NCBI GenBank assembly: GCA_964424645.1
Contig: CAYRJI010000001.1
Location: forward strand, 1-56,227
DNA length: 56,227 bases
Direction of reading: 5' to 3'
DNA from: an uncultured Akkermansia sp.
GTDB taxonomy: Bacteria > Verrucomicrobiota > Verrucomicrobiia > Verrucomicrobiales > Akkermansiaceae
Shown: positions 37,926 to 46,498 of the stretch, piece after piece
Layout of the letters: each line of letters starts with the position of its first letter
Position numbering within the stretch: the stretch's first letter is position 1
Notes under the pieces: model-generated
Seen by the model: the letters and a program-made list of their open reading frames with translations, nothing else
What the model was told of the DNA's origin: nothing
The model's database searches: none
Program-made: the position numbers and the translations under genes

Positions 37926-37996
37926 TATCCCGAATAAATTAAACGCTCGGAGTAGACGCCTCATCCGTCCCAATAAAATTTTCGAGAATCACCGCA
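37926..37996. repeat. Solo end fragments of the MITE-like element
   Basis: catccgtcccaataaaattttcgagaatcaccgc (37962-37995) matches the copy 8 end; atcccgaataaattaaa resembles the opposite end. Confidence 0.7.
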
Positions 37997-38028
37997 AGGT
38001 CGACAGGTGTGAAGTGACGCAAGTGGGG

Positions 38029-38934
38029 TCAGAGCCAAGGGCGGAATTCCTTGGGGATAGGGGCAGTAAAAGACAAGCGTTCACCGGTGACGGGGTGCAG
38101 GAAGGAAAGTTTCCAAGCGTGGAGCATGAGACGCCCCGGGTTTGCCTTTTGGCGCGCGGGGTGGGCATAGATGGGGTCGCCGATGAGGGGATGCCCTAGG
38201 TGCAACATGTGCACCCGGATTTGGTGCGTGCGACCGGTATGGAGGGTGCAGCGCACGAGCGAACTGTCGGTCGCACTATCGTAAGAGAGACATTCGTATT
38301 CCGTGAGGGCGGGTTTGCCGCTGCCGGGGTTCACTACCGCCATCTTGAGGCGGTTGACGGGGTGTCGCCCGATATTTGTGTACACCGACCCCCGGGGTGG
38401 TTGAGGGGCACCCTGCACGACGGCTAGGTAGATTTTCTGCGTATCACGCTCCGCGAATTGAGCGGCGAGAGAGCGGTGGGCGGCGTCATTTTTGGCGACC
38501 ACAATGCAACCGCTTGTGTCCTTATCCAAGCGGTGTACGATGCCCGGGCGTTCCACCCCACCGATGCCGGAAAGGTCCCCGCAGTGGTGCAGCAGGGCAT
38601 TGACCAAGGTACCGTCGGGATTCCCGGCAGCGGGGTGCACCACCATCCCGCATTCCTTGTCCAGCACGATGAGGTGCCGATCTTCGTAGAGAATATTCAG
38701 AGGGAGGGGCTGGGGGAGGGCAGATGCCGGAGCGGGTTGCGGAACTTCGATGCATAGACGCATCCCCACTTCCACCGGTGTTTTCGGTTTGTAGACTTTG
38801 CCGTCTTCCGACGTGACATCTCCCTCTTTGATAAGGGTTTGGATACGCGCCCGAGAGAGCTCCGGGAGCACACGCGTCAGGTATTGATCGAGACGCGTGC
38901 CCGGGCTGTCACGCACAATGTGCAGCATGCTCAC
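38029..38934 (-). CDS. rluD: RluA-family pseudouridine synthase (RluD-like)
   Basis: S4-like RLDQYL, GIVHRLDKDTSG, TGRTHQIRVH, GDPIY. Confidence 0.9.
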   Translation of the reverse strand: MSMLHIVRDSPGTRLDQYLTRVLPELSRARIQTLIKEGDVTSEDGKVYKPKTPVEVGMRLCIEVPQPAPASALPQPLPLNILYEDRHLIVLDKECGMVVHPAAGNPDGTLVNALLHHCGDLSGIGGVERPGIVHRLDKDTSGCIVVAKNDAAHRSLAAQFAERDTQKIYLAVVQGAPQPPRGSVYTNIGRHPVNRLKMAVVNPGSGKPALTEYECLSYDSATDSSLVRCTLHTGRTHQIRVHMLHLGHPLIGDPIYAHPARQKANPGRLMLHAWKLSFLHPVTGERLSFTAPIPKEFRPWL

Positions 38935-39698
38935 ATCCGCGTTGGATTATGAATGAAGACCGTCTGCAACCCGAAGCGTTCCTGCAACATAGCTCCGATA
39001 GCTTTCACCCCGAATGTCTCGGTGGCGTAATGCCCGGCAAAGAGGACATTCATACGCATATCCAGCGCGGCATTGTAGACCCAGTGATTCTGCTCCCCGG
39101 TGAGGAAGGTGGTAAAGCCCTTTTCCTGTACGCGATAAATCTCCGGACCCGCCGAGCCGGAACAAATAATGACACGCCCGGCAGAAGCAGAGGGGTCAAT
39201 GACCGTGCCGGTGATCTCGGCTTCCGTGATGCGTGCGTAAGCATCGCGCAGTTCCCCGACGGTACCGTTGAAGATACCGGAGACAGCCAGTGCCACCCCG
39301 TGACGTTCCATTTCCGTGGAAATTCGCAGCAAACCAAGCTCACGTGCAATGCATATATTATTGCCCAAACTCTGGTGCACATCCAGCGGCAAATGCGCCG
39401 CATACACCGCTAAATTGTGGTTCAGGCAGGTCTCAATTTTCTTGCGCCACCAACCGGCTATGGGACGCAAACCACACCAAAAAACCCCGTGGTGCACAAT
39501 GAGGAGGTCTGCCCCCACTGCCACCGCATCATCCAGCGTCTTCTGCGTGGCGTCTACCGCCAAAGCCACTTTGTGCACCTTGCCGTCATTCTCTACCTGC
39601 AAACCGTTGATCGCCATCGGTGAATCCTGAATAAATTGCACCGACAGCAAATTGTTCAACAGGGTCACTATCGTTTGGAGTTGTATGTTATTCGTCAT
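38931..39698 (-). CDS. Nif3-like dinuclear metal-centre protein
   Basis: NGLQV, VHHG, HLPLDVH, GHYATETFG. Confidence 0.93.
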   Translation of the reverse strand: MTNNIQLQTIVTLLNNLLSVQFIQDSPMAINGLQVENDGKVHKVALAVDATQKTLDDAVAVGADLLIVHHGVFWCGLRPIAGWWRKKIETCLNHNLAVYAAHLPLDVHQSLGNNICIARELGLLRISTEMERHGVALAVSGIFNGTVGELRDAYARITEAEITGTVIDPSASAGRVIICSGSAGPEIYRVQEKGFTTFLTGEQNHWVYNAALDMRMNVLFAGHYATETFGVKAIGAMLQERFGLQTVFIHNPTRM

Positions 39699-40665
39699 TA
39701 CCGTGTATGTGTATATTTTGAGTTGATATTTCGCTGTGCAGAAGACGAGAGAACTCGAGAGCCATATCGTATCCGTTTTGGCGGAGGTATTTCCCGAGGG
39801 CAGCTACCTCGACGAGTCGTGTCATATCACGCCCCGGGGCTACAGGAAGTGTGATGCGCTCTATATCGACACCCATGACGCTCATTGTTTTGCGCTCAAG
39901 TCCTGTACGTTCGATTTCGGTCACATCCTCTCCGATGAGATTGATATTGAGGTGAATTCTCTTCTGGCGGCGGTAAGCTCGCAGACCGTAGAGGTCGGTC
40001 ACATTGATGATCCCTATACCGCGAATTTCGATGTACCCGCTGCTCAACTTGGGAGCTGAAGCGATGAGATCGCCACTGATGTTGCGGATGTGCACCATGT
40101 CATCGGCAATGAGCGATGCCCCGCGTTCCACGAGTCCGAGGGATACTTCACTCTTGCCGATGCCACTCGGACCGGTAATGAGTACCCCTACCCCGCGTAC
40201 ATCGACCATGCATCCGTGCACCGTGGTGCTGTCCGCAAACTCATTCTCTAAGATGATCGTGGCGCGGTTCACGAGACTCATCGTGGGCAGGGATGAACCA
40301 AACACGGGCACCGTACAATCATCCGCGATCGTAATGATATCCTGAGGGACTTCTGCCCCGCGTGAAAAGATAAGACACGGAACCTCCGTTCCGCAGATGC
40401 GGCGCATTCGCTCACTACGCTCCGGCTCCTTCATCTCCCCCAAGTACGCCATCTCCCCCGACCCAAATACTTGTATCCGCTCCTGAGCATAGTATCCGAA
40501 AAAACCGGAAAGAGCCAACCCGGGACGATTGAGGGCAGGTTTGCGAATCGAACGCGTCATACCGAGCGGGCTGTTGAGCAGCTCCAGCTCAAGATGGGAG
40601 CGGTATGTGTCGTAAAAATGAGCTACACTGATCTCGTCGACTTTCTTGACGTACGATTCCTTCAT
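39688..40665 (-). CDS. hprK: HPr(Ser) kinase/phosphorylase
   Basis: NRPGLAL, VHG, GPSGIGKSE, LIADD, EIRGIGII, PGR. Confidence 0.96.
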   Translation of the reverse strand: MKESYVKKVDEISVAHFYDTYRSHLELELLNSPLGMTRSIRKPALNRPGLALSGFFGYYAQERIQVFGSGEMAYLGEMKEPERSERMRRICGTEVPCLIFSRGAEVPQDIITIADDCTVPVFGSSLPTMSLVNRATIILENEFADSTTVHGCMVDVRGVGVLITGPSGIGKSEVSLGLVERGASLIADDMVHIRNISGDLIASAPKLSSGYIEIRGIGIINVTDLYGLRAYRRQKRIHLNINLIGEDVTEIERTGLERKTMSVMGVDIERITLPVAPGRDMTRLVEVAALGKYLRQNGYDMALEFSRLLHSEISTQNIHIHGNDE

Positions 40666-40816
40666 CCGGGGGTATTTTCGCACATGCCGCGCAACTCGTC
40701 AAGTTTCCACCCCAACCCTTACCAAGAAAATTCAAGAAAACACGACATACAAAGCAAATACGAAGCGGCTCAGCAAACAGGTCACATGTTTCCCGCTTTG
40801 CCCCCTCCGAGCTCAC

Positions 40817-40932
40817 CCGCGCAACCTTGTCGCGCCTAACTTATTCACTTCGCACCCCGTACTTGATCACCTTCGTATTTCCCCACAGCAAAATCATCGC
40901 TCCACCCCGAGCATCCATTCTTTCTCGGAACC
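40817..40932 (+). repeat. Degenerate heptamer element copy
   Basis: cgcgcaac..cgcgcctaacttattcacttcgcaccccgtacttgatc. Confidence 0.75.
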
Positions 40933-40934
40933 AA

Positions 40935-42263
40935 TTAGAGGCTCCAGCGAATGGCGGTGGAGAGGGTCCACCCATTATAGCAATCTGAGCCGCCGGAGCG
41001 AGCGGTAGTATATTCGGCACCGACCATCCATTTCGCGGCGTTTTTTTCCTTGGCGGAGAGGTAGAAATCGGCACCGAGGTAGAAGGTATTGATGCTGTCG
41101 ACCCAAGCGGGGGTAACCGTTTGAGTGCAGATATAACGATCGGCGGAGAGTTTACAGGCACCGTGACCGGTCATGCCGGTGTAGCGGAAAATGAGGTCCA
41201 CGTGGGGGCTCAGGGCATACATCGGCTGGATTTGGATGCCGATATTGTTGGAACCCTTGCCCGTCTGCTGCTCGAAAGCCGAGACGAGGTTGGTGAGCAG
41301 GGTAAAGCGATCCTGCTTCCACTCATACCCCAGCGAGACGGCATCGAGGAAGCCCAAGCCGTAGTAATTTGCTCCGGGGGTGTGCTTGCCGTGGTAGGCG
41401 TTATCGAAGTCGTGCAGGTACTGGGCGGAGAGCATCTGGTAGCTGCCCTCTGTTTCGGCGAACTTATGCGAGGCACCGAGGATGACGAAGCAGCGGTCCT
41501 CCCACCCGAACTCTCCCTTCACGCCGCGCCCGTCCCGGTATACATCGGCATGACCGAGGTTCTTGCTCGAACTCGCCCGATCATTCGCCATCAGCTGGAC
41601 GTATACCTTATCCGCCTTGGAGGGAGCGTAGGTCACATCCACCCCCCAGTTTGAATCCTGCGCGAATTGATTGGAGATGACCGAACGCTCGATGCAGGGA
41701 ATGACTGAGCTGAGCGTCGAATAATCTGTGGTGAACAGCGACTTAATTTTACCGACCTGCACGCTGAGCCCCTTGACCCCGGCGGCATTATCCTTCTTGA
41801 GCCAGATTTCAAAGAGACTCGTGTAGCTGAAATTGCGCTTTGTATGCCCCGCCGCGAAGGTCTCTCGCTCCGGCAAACCTCCCACTCGCAACCACGTACG
41901 GAATGTCGTATCGCCCGCCAAGTTAGTCGTCAACCCCACCCACGAGCGTCGGAATTCCTGATTGACGGGGGACGCCCCGGATTTCAGCCACAGACCATTG
42001 CTGCCATTGGGTTGGACGCCCGCCGCTTGGAACTGCTCAATCCACGACACCTTGACCTTCCGCACAAAACCTTCGGGCGATTCGTAGAGGGTCATCGCTT
42101 TCTTGGTAGCCGCCACCATCCTGTCCGTTGCTGTCCCCGCGTCCGAGCCCCCCTGTACCTGCGTTACCGCAACCGGCTGCGCCATCCCTTGGGGGGGAGT
42201 TCCTGCCGCCTGAGCCAGTGAACACACGGCAACCGCCACACACCATATCGCGCACTTTTTCAT
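40935..42263 (-). CDS. Outer membrane porin (OprO/P-like beta barrel)
   Basis: Signal peptide, EFRRSW, QVGKIK..F, IERS, amphipathic strands, aromatic C-terminal strand. Confidence 0.7.
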   Translation of the reverse strand: MKKCAIWCVAVAVCSLAQAAGTPPQGMAQPVAVTQVQGGSDAGTATDRMVAATKKAMTLYESPEGFVRKVKVSWIEQFQAAGVQPNGSNGLWLKSGASPVNQEFRRSWVGLTTNLAGDTTFRTWLRVGGLPERETFAAGHTKRNFSYTSLFEIWLKKDNAAGVKGLSVQVGKIKSLFTTDYSTLSSVIPCIERSVISNQFAQDSNWGVDVTYAPSKADKVYVQLMANDRASSSKNLGHADVYRDGRGVKGEFGWEDRCFVILGASHKFAETEGSYQMLSAQYLHDFDNAYHGKHTPGANYYGLGFLDAVSLGYEWKQDRFTLLTNLVSAFEQQTGKGSNNIGIQIQPMYALSPHVDLIFRYTGMTGHGACKLSADRYICTQTVTPAWVDSINTFYLGADFYLSAKEKNAAKWMVGAEYTTARSGGSDCYNGWTLSTAIRWSL

Positions 42264-42272
42264 AGATGCCGG

Positions 42273-42746
42273 TCAGTGAAGTTTTGAGAAAAGCGTCTGC
42301 GCGTCGAGCACACCCATGTATGTCTTGTAGTCGAGCCCCGCTTCCAACACGTACAGTGTCAGAAGCCGCTTCACCACCGCCAACAACTTCTCCGCCTCCC
42401 ATGGCTTCTCGACGTAATTGTCGACCTGCCCTTCGTTGATCGCGTTGATGGTGTCGGCGTGCGTCGCCTGCCCCGTCAGCAGCACCTTTCGCGTGTGGCG
42501 GAAGCGGCGGTCTTTGGTCACCTTCCCCAGCAGGTCGGTCCCGCTTCCCCCGGGCATCACTTGGTCCGAAATAATAATCGCCACGTGCCCGCCCTCACTG
42601 TCGATTTGGTCGATTAAGCGCAGGCAGTCTTCGGTACCGGAGGCATCCTCGGTACGTACGAGCGGGGCGAGGGGTCGGAGGTCGCGCAGCACGGAGTCCA
42701 GCACCTCGGGTTGGTCATCCACGCAGATGATATAGAGCTTATCCAT
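42273..42746 (-). CDS. Single-domain response regulator (receiver)
   Basis: CVDDQ, ISDQVMP, LLTG, EKPW. Confidence 0.92.
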   Translation of the reverse strand: MDKLYIICVDDQPEVLDSVLRDLRPLAPLVRTEDASGTEDCLRLIDQIDSEGGHVAIIISDQVMPGGSGTDLLGKVTKDRRFRHTRKVLLTGQATHADTINAINEGQVDNYVEKPWEAEKLLAVVKRLLTLYVLEAGLDYKTYMGVLDAQTLFSKLH

Positions 42747-44184
42747 GGATTTGAGTGGTTGGTAGGTTGATAGTGAACGTAGTAGAAGTATCAGTACTGT
42801 GAAGTTCGATGGTACCGCCGTAGCTGTCGACAATGCGGCGAACGATGGAAAGCCCGAGCCCGAGCCCGAAGTCGAGCCCCAATTTCTTGGTCGTAAAACT
42901 CGGTTGGAAAATTTTATCGCGCAGTTCCTCGGGGATGGGCGGTCCGTTATTCGAAATACTGACCGCTACGTAGTCCGTCGGCAGCAACTTCAAGCCATCG
43001 GCATGGATGTGGCGAGTTTCCGTGCGCAAACGCGGCTCGGGAGTTCCCCCCTGCTCCATCGCGTCGCAGGCATTCTTCACGATATTCGTCCACAGCTGCA
43101 CGAGCTCTGTCATATCCGCGTGAATCCCGGGCAACTCCCCGAGGTCCGTCTCCACGGTAATCGTTTTCACGCGGTTGGTCAACAGGTTGAGGGCGTCGCG
43201 CACCGTCTGGTTCACGTCCACTCCATCCGTCCGTGTGCTCGAGCCACCGCCCAGCAACTTGACAGCGCGGACGATACCCGCAGCGTGTCGCGCCGCCATC
43301 TGCAAGTCCCGCAGGTCGTGCCCGAGTTCCCAAAAACGGTAATTGCGGCGCACCAGTGCCACAAACTTCGCGCCGCCGCGTCGCTTCACTTCATCAGTGT
43401 CCCGCGCGACATGCGCCATCACCTTGGCGGCATCCTGCGGTAAATCGTAGTTTCGCTCCATCTCTCGGGCGCGTCCGCGCAGCTCTGCCGCTGTCACGAA
43501 AGCTTCCTCGTTCAGCCCCATCCGGAATAATTCTGCCGCCCCCGTCTCTCCCGCGTCCAAGAATTCAGCGAGGTTCTGCGCCACAAAATCCGCGCGGCGT
43601 CCGATGACTCCCACCGCGTTGTTCAGCTCATGGGCAATGCCTGCCGAGAGCTGCGCGAGCGTGGATGCCATTTCCGCGCGTTGCAACAACCTCACCGCCT
43701 CTTCCTTCTCCGACACGTGCGTGAAAATACGGTAGTTCCGCGCCGCCAGCTCATGCACCAACACCGGCATAAATTGCTGCTCGAGTGTCCCGTATTTTTC
43801 CGGTTCCACCGCCTCCACACTCTCGTCGATGTACGCCACCTCCGCGTCTTCCAGCGCGACAATGTAGTAACTGCTGTGGTAGGAACGCGAGAAAAACGAC
43901 TGCACGCATACGTAGGACCTCGGTTCCGCCCGGAATACCTCGTGCCCGCGCACCTGTGTCTCACCGGGTAACCCGCTGCCTTCCAGTCGTTCCGAGCGGC
44001 GATAGGCGACAAAGGTACCCCGCAGCACCAAAAACACGCGGTGGCATTCTTCATCCTGCCGCACCAAGACCCCGCCCGCCGGAACGGCGAGTATCCGCTC
44101 CGGGTCTGTAAAATAGACCCGATTGACCCGCTTGAGCGGTCGCATGATATGGTCCGGCAAGGAGATCATCGGCTCATCCGGCAA
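42739..44184 (-). CDS. Soluble histidine kinase with N-terminal cNMP-binding-like domain
   Basis: LVRQDE..VFLVLRG cNMP pattern; AGIAHELNN; NACDA, NNGP, FTTK, GLGL; no TM segment. Confidence 0.9.
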   Translation of the reverse strand: MPDEPMISLPDHIMRPLKRVNRVYFTDPERILAVPAGGVLVRQDEECHRVFLVLRGTFVAYRRSERLEGSGLPGETQVRGHEVFRAEPRSYVCVQSFFSRSYHSSYYIVALEDAEVAYIDESVEAVEPEKYGTLEQQFMPVLVHELAARNYRIFTHVSEKEEAVRLLQRAEMASTLAQLSAGIAHELNNAVGVIGRRADFVAQNLAEFLDAGETGAAELFRMGLNEEAFVTAAELRGRAREMERNYDLPQDAAKVMAHVARDTDEVKRRGGAKFVALVRRNYRFWELGHDLRDLQMAARHAAGIVRAVKLLGGGSSTRTDGVDVNQTVRDALNLLTNRVKTITVETDLGELPGIHADMTELVQLWTNIVKNACDAMEQGGTPEPRLRTETRHIHADGLKLLPTDYVAVSISNNGPPIPEELRDKIFQPSFTTKKLGLDFGLGLGLSIVRRIVDSYGGTIELHSTDTSTTFTINLPTTQIHG

Positions 44185-45889
44185 AGAATCCTATCGCCTG
44201 CAAGAAATACATCAGAGCAAATGTGATGGTGAGCCCCAGCAGACAGAGTATTGTCCCGGAGATCGCCATCCCCTTTTGCTCCACCAAACCGGTGGCGTAC
44301 GCCAGCGCGTTCGGCGGGGTCGATATCGGCAGTGCCATCCCCAGCGAGGAAGCAAACGCTATCGAGCAGAGCAGCCCGATCGCGCCCGCGTCGTCCATGC
44401 TGCCGGACTGCACCATCGCCCCGGCTACCCCGGCGAGTATGGGCATCAGCAGCGAAGCCGTCGCCGTGTGGCTCATAAATGTCGCCATGAACAAACAGAT
44501 GAAGCCCGCGCCGATCATCAGCACCATCGGATTCCACGTGCCGAAGGGGATGGCATCGATCATATCCTTTGCCAATCCCGTCTCTTGCAGCGCGACCCCG
44601 AGGGCAAAGCCGCCGGCAACCAACCAGAGAACATCCCAGCTCATGGCGCGCAGGTCTTCTTTGGTAATGACGCGTGTGGCGGCAAACACGGCGATGGGGA
44701 TGATGGCGATGGTGTTCGAGTCCAGTCCGAGCTTGAGTATATCGCTGAAACACCATAGGGCAATTGTCACGGTGAAGGTGACATACACGATGATGGCTTT
44801 CGGGGTCTTCAGGAACTTACCGCCCACCTCCAAGGTCAGTTCCTTTTGCTGCGTGGGGAACATCTTGACTAGGATCAACCAGCCCACCAGCAACATGATA
44901 ATCACGAAGGGAACGCCGAAGAGCATCCACTTCCCGAATGTGATCGTCAGCCCCATATCCTGCATCGCCTTGAGAGCAATGGCATTCGGCGGAGTACCGA
45001 TGGGTGTGCCGATACCTCCGATGTTCGCCGCTATCGGGATGCAGAGCGCGAACGCCGCCCGCCCCCGGTCTTCCGGTCCGAACAGAGCGAGCACCGGCGT
45101 CAGGATGGCGAGCATCATCGCCGCCGTCGCCGTGTTGCTCATGAACATGCTGAACAGGGCGGTTACCACCATGAGCCCCAGCATCACATACCTCGGGTCC
45201 TTTCCGAAGGGCTTCAGCAGTACCTTTGCCAAGTTGATATCGAGCCGGTATTTTGTGGCTGCCGCCGCCAAGAAGAATCCTCCCAAAAAGAGGATGATAA
45301 TCGGATCGGCAAACGTCGCCATCGTGCTCTTTTGCTGCATGACATTGGTGAATTTCAGTGCCTTGATCCGCTCGGTGATGCCTCCCTCGTACAGCCGATG
45401 GTGCGCCTCTCTCAACTGCTGCGCGGCGGCGGCATCTCCTTGGCTCTCCGCCTTCTCGCTGTAGTCCATGATCTGGTACCCGAGTGTCATGCGCACCTCC
45501 TGCTCGTTGAGCATGGTCTTTTTCTTGAGGCGTTCATTCACGCTCTTCTGCACGTCCGCAATCGTCTGCGCCGTCACAGCCCCGCCGCTCCCAATCGCCT
45601 CCTGCACGATGGCGTTCACCTCCGTCTTGTCGTACCTCTCCGGTCGCAGGAAAGTCAGTGCTTGGTTCGAAATTCCCAGCAAGGCGATGGCTATCACCAA
45701 CGTCGAGGTCGTCCAAATGGGTATCGGCTCCAGTATCCACATCAAAGCCGCAAACACAAACAACGATACCACCCTCGCCTGCACCGGATTCACCGGCACC
45801 CCCATCGCCTCAAACGGTATCATCAACATCGATATACTGATCACCAACACGATGGCTATCTTCAAAAGACTCTTTTGGTTCGCTGTCAT
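44174..45889 (-). CDS. SLC13/DASS family anion symporter
   Basis: FMSNTATAAM, GTPIGTPPNA, SHTAT, PISTPPNA. Confidence 0.95.
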   Translation of the reverse strand: MTANQKSLLKIAIVLVISISMLMIPFEAMGVPVNPVQARVVSLFVFAALMWILEPIPIWTTSTLVIAIALLGISNQALTFLRPERYDKTEVNAIVQEAIGSGGAVTAQTIADVQKSVNERLKKKTMLNEQEVRMTLGYQIMDYSEKAESQGDAAAAQQLREAHHRLYEGGITERIKALKFTNVMQQKSTMATFADPIIILFLGGFFLAAAATKYRLDINLAKVLLKPFGKDPRYVMLGLMVVTALFSMFMSNTATAAMMLAILTPVLALFGPEDRGRAAFALCIPIAANIGGIGTPIGTPPNAIALKAMQDMGLTITFGKWMLFGVPFVIIMLLVGWLILVKMFPTQQKELTLEVGGKFLKTPKAIIVYVTFTVTIALWCFSDILKLGLDSNTIAIIPIAVFAATRVITKEDLRAMSWDVLWLVAGGFALGVALQETGLAKDMIDAIPFGTWNPMVLMIGAGFICLFMATFMSHTATASLLMPILAGVAGAMVQSGSMDDAGAIGLLCSIAFASSLGMALPISTPPNALAYATGLVEQKGMAISGTILCLLGLTITFALMYFLQAIGFFAG

Positions 45890-45977
45890 ATTTCAAAAAT
45901 CTGTCGTTTCCGTGCGGCACCGCCCTGCCCTTCCCCCATACCCCCCTCCCCGCAGCCCGATGCCCCACCCGCAGATT

Positions 45978-46006
45978 ATCATACACCCGCTCCCCCCACT
46001 TGGCAA
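45978..46006 (-). promoter_or_regulatory. Promoter of the SLC13 operon
   Basis: TTGCCA-17-TATGAT. Confidence 0.7.
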
Positions 46007-46049
46007 GACATTTCAAAACCCATCTAGAATCCAAAACTGAAATGCCCGG

Positions 46050-46465
46050 AGTAGGGCGTTGACTGTGTCGCGGAAAAACACGAAGGTGATCAAGTACGAG
46101 GTACGAAGCGAAGAAGTTCGGCGCAACACCGTTGCACAGAGGGAGGTGGAGGGAGCAAAGCTGGAACAACGCGCGAGAACCAAATCCATGCACCCATGAG
46201 GTCGGTACACATGTAGTGTGCAAAGCCACGAAGAAACACTCGCCCGAGTACCCCCTCTACCACGTCCGGTCACAGCCGCACGACCTCACCACTCTCACCA
46301 CACATGTTTTCCCCACATCACCCCATTGCCTACCCCACCCGCCACTCCCCGGCTTTGCTTCCAAATTCCGCGCAACTCCGTTGCGCCGAACTTCAATACT
46401 TCGTACCTCGTACCCCGTACTTGATTTCCCTCCCTGCCGCCTACGGTCGTTCTCCTTCCCCCCCT
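46050..46465. repeat. Heptamer element, inverted doublet (minus module ~46050-46250, plus module ~46345-46465)
   Basis: gatcaagtacgaggtacgaag...cttcgtacctcgtaccccgtacttgat; shares aaatccatgca core with copies 2 and 8. Confidence 0.88.
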
Positions 46466-46498
46466 CCCCGCCCTGCCCTGCGTTCTCCCTATTATATT

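Noticed and set aside
8433-45464. Long antisense ORFs (8433..9689, 10639..12291, 31102..32541, 44223..45464)
   Set aside because: Opposite-strand shadows of conserved GC-rich genes, with no motifs.
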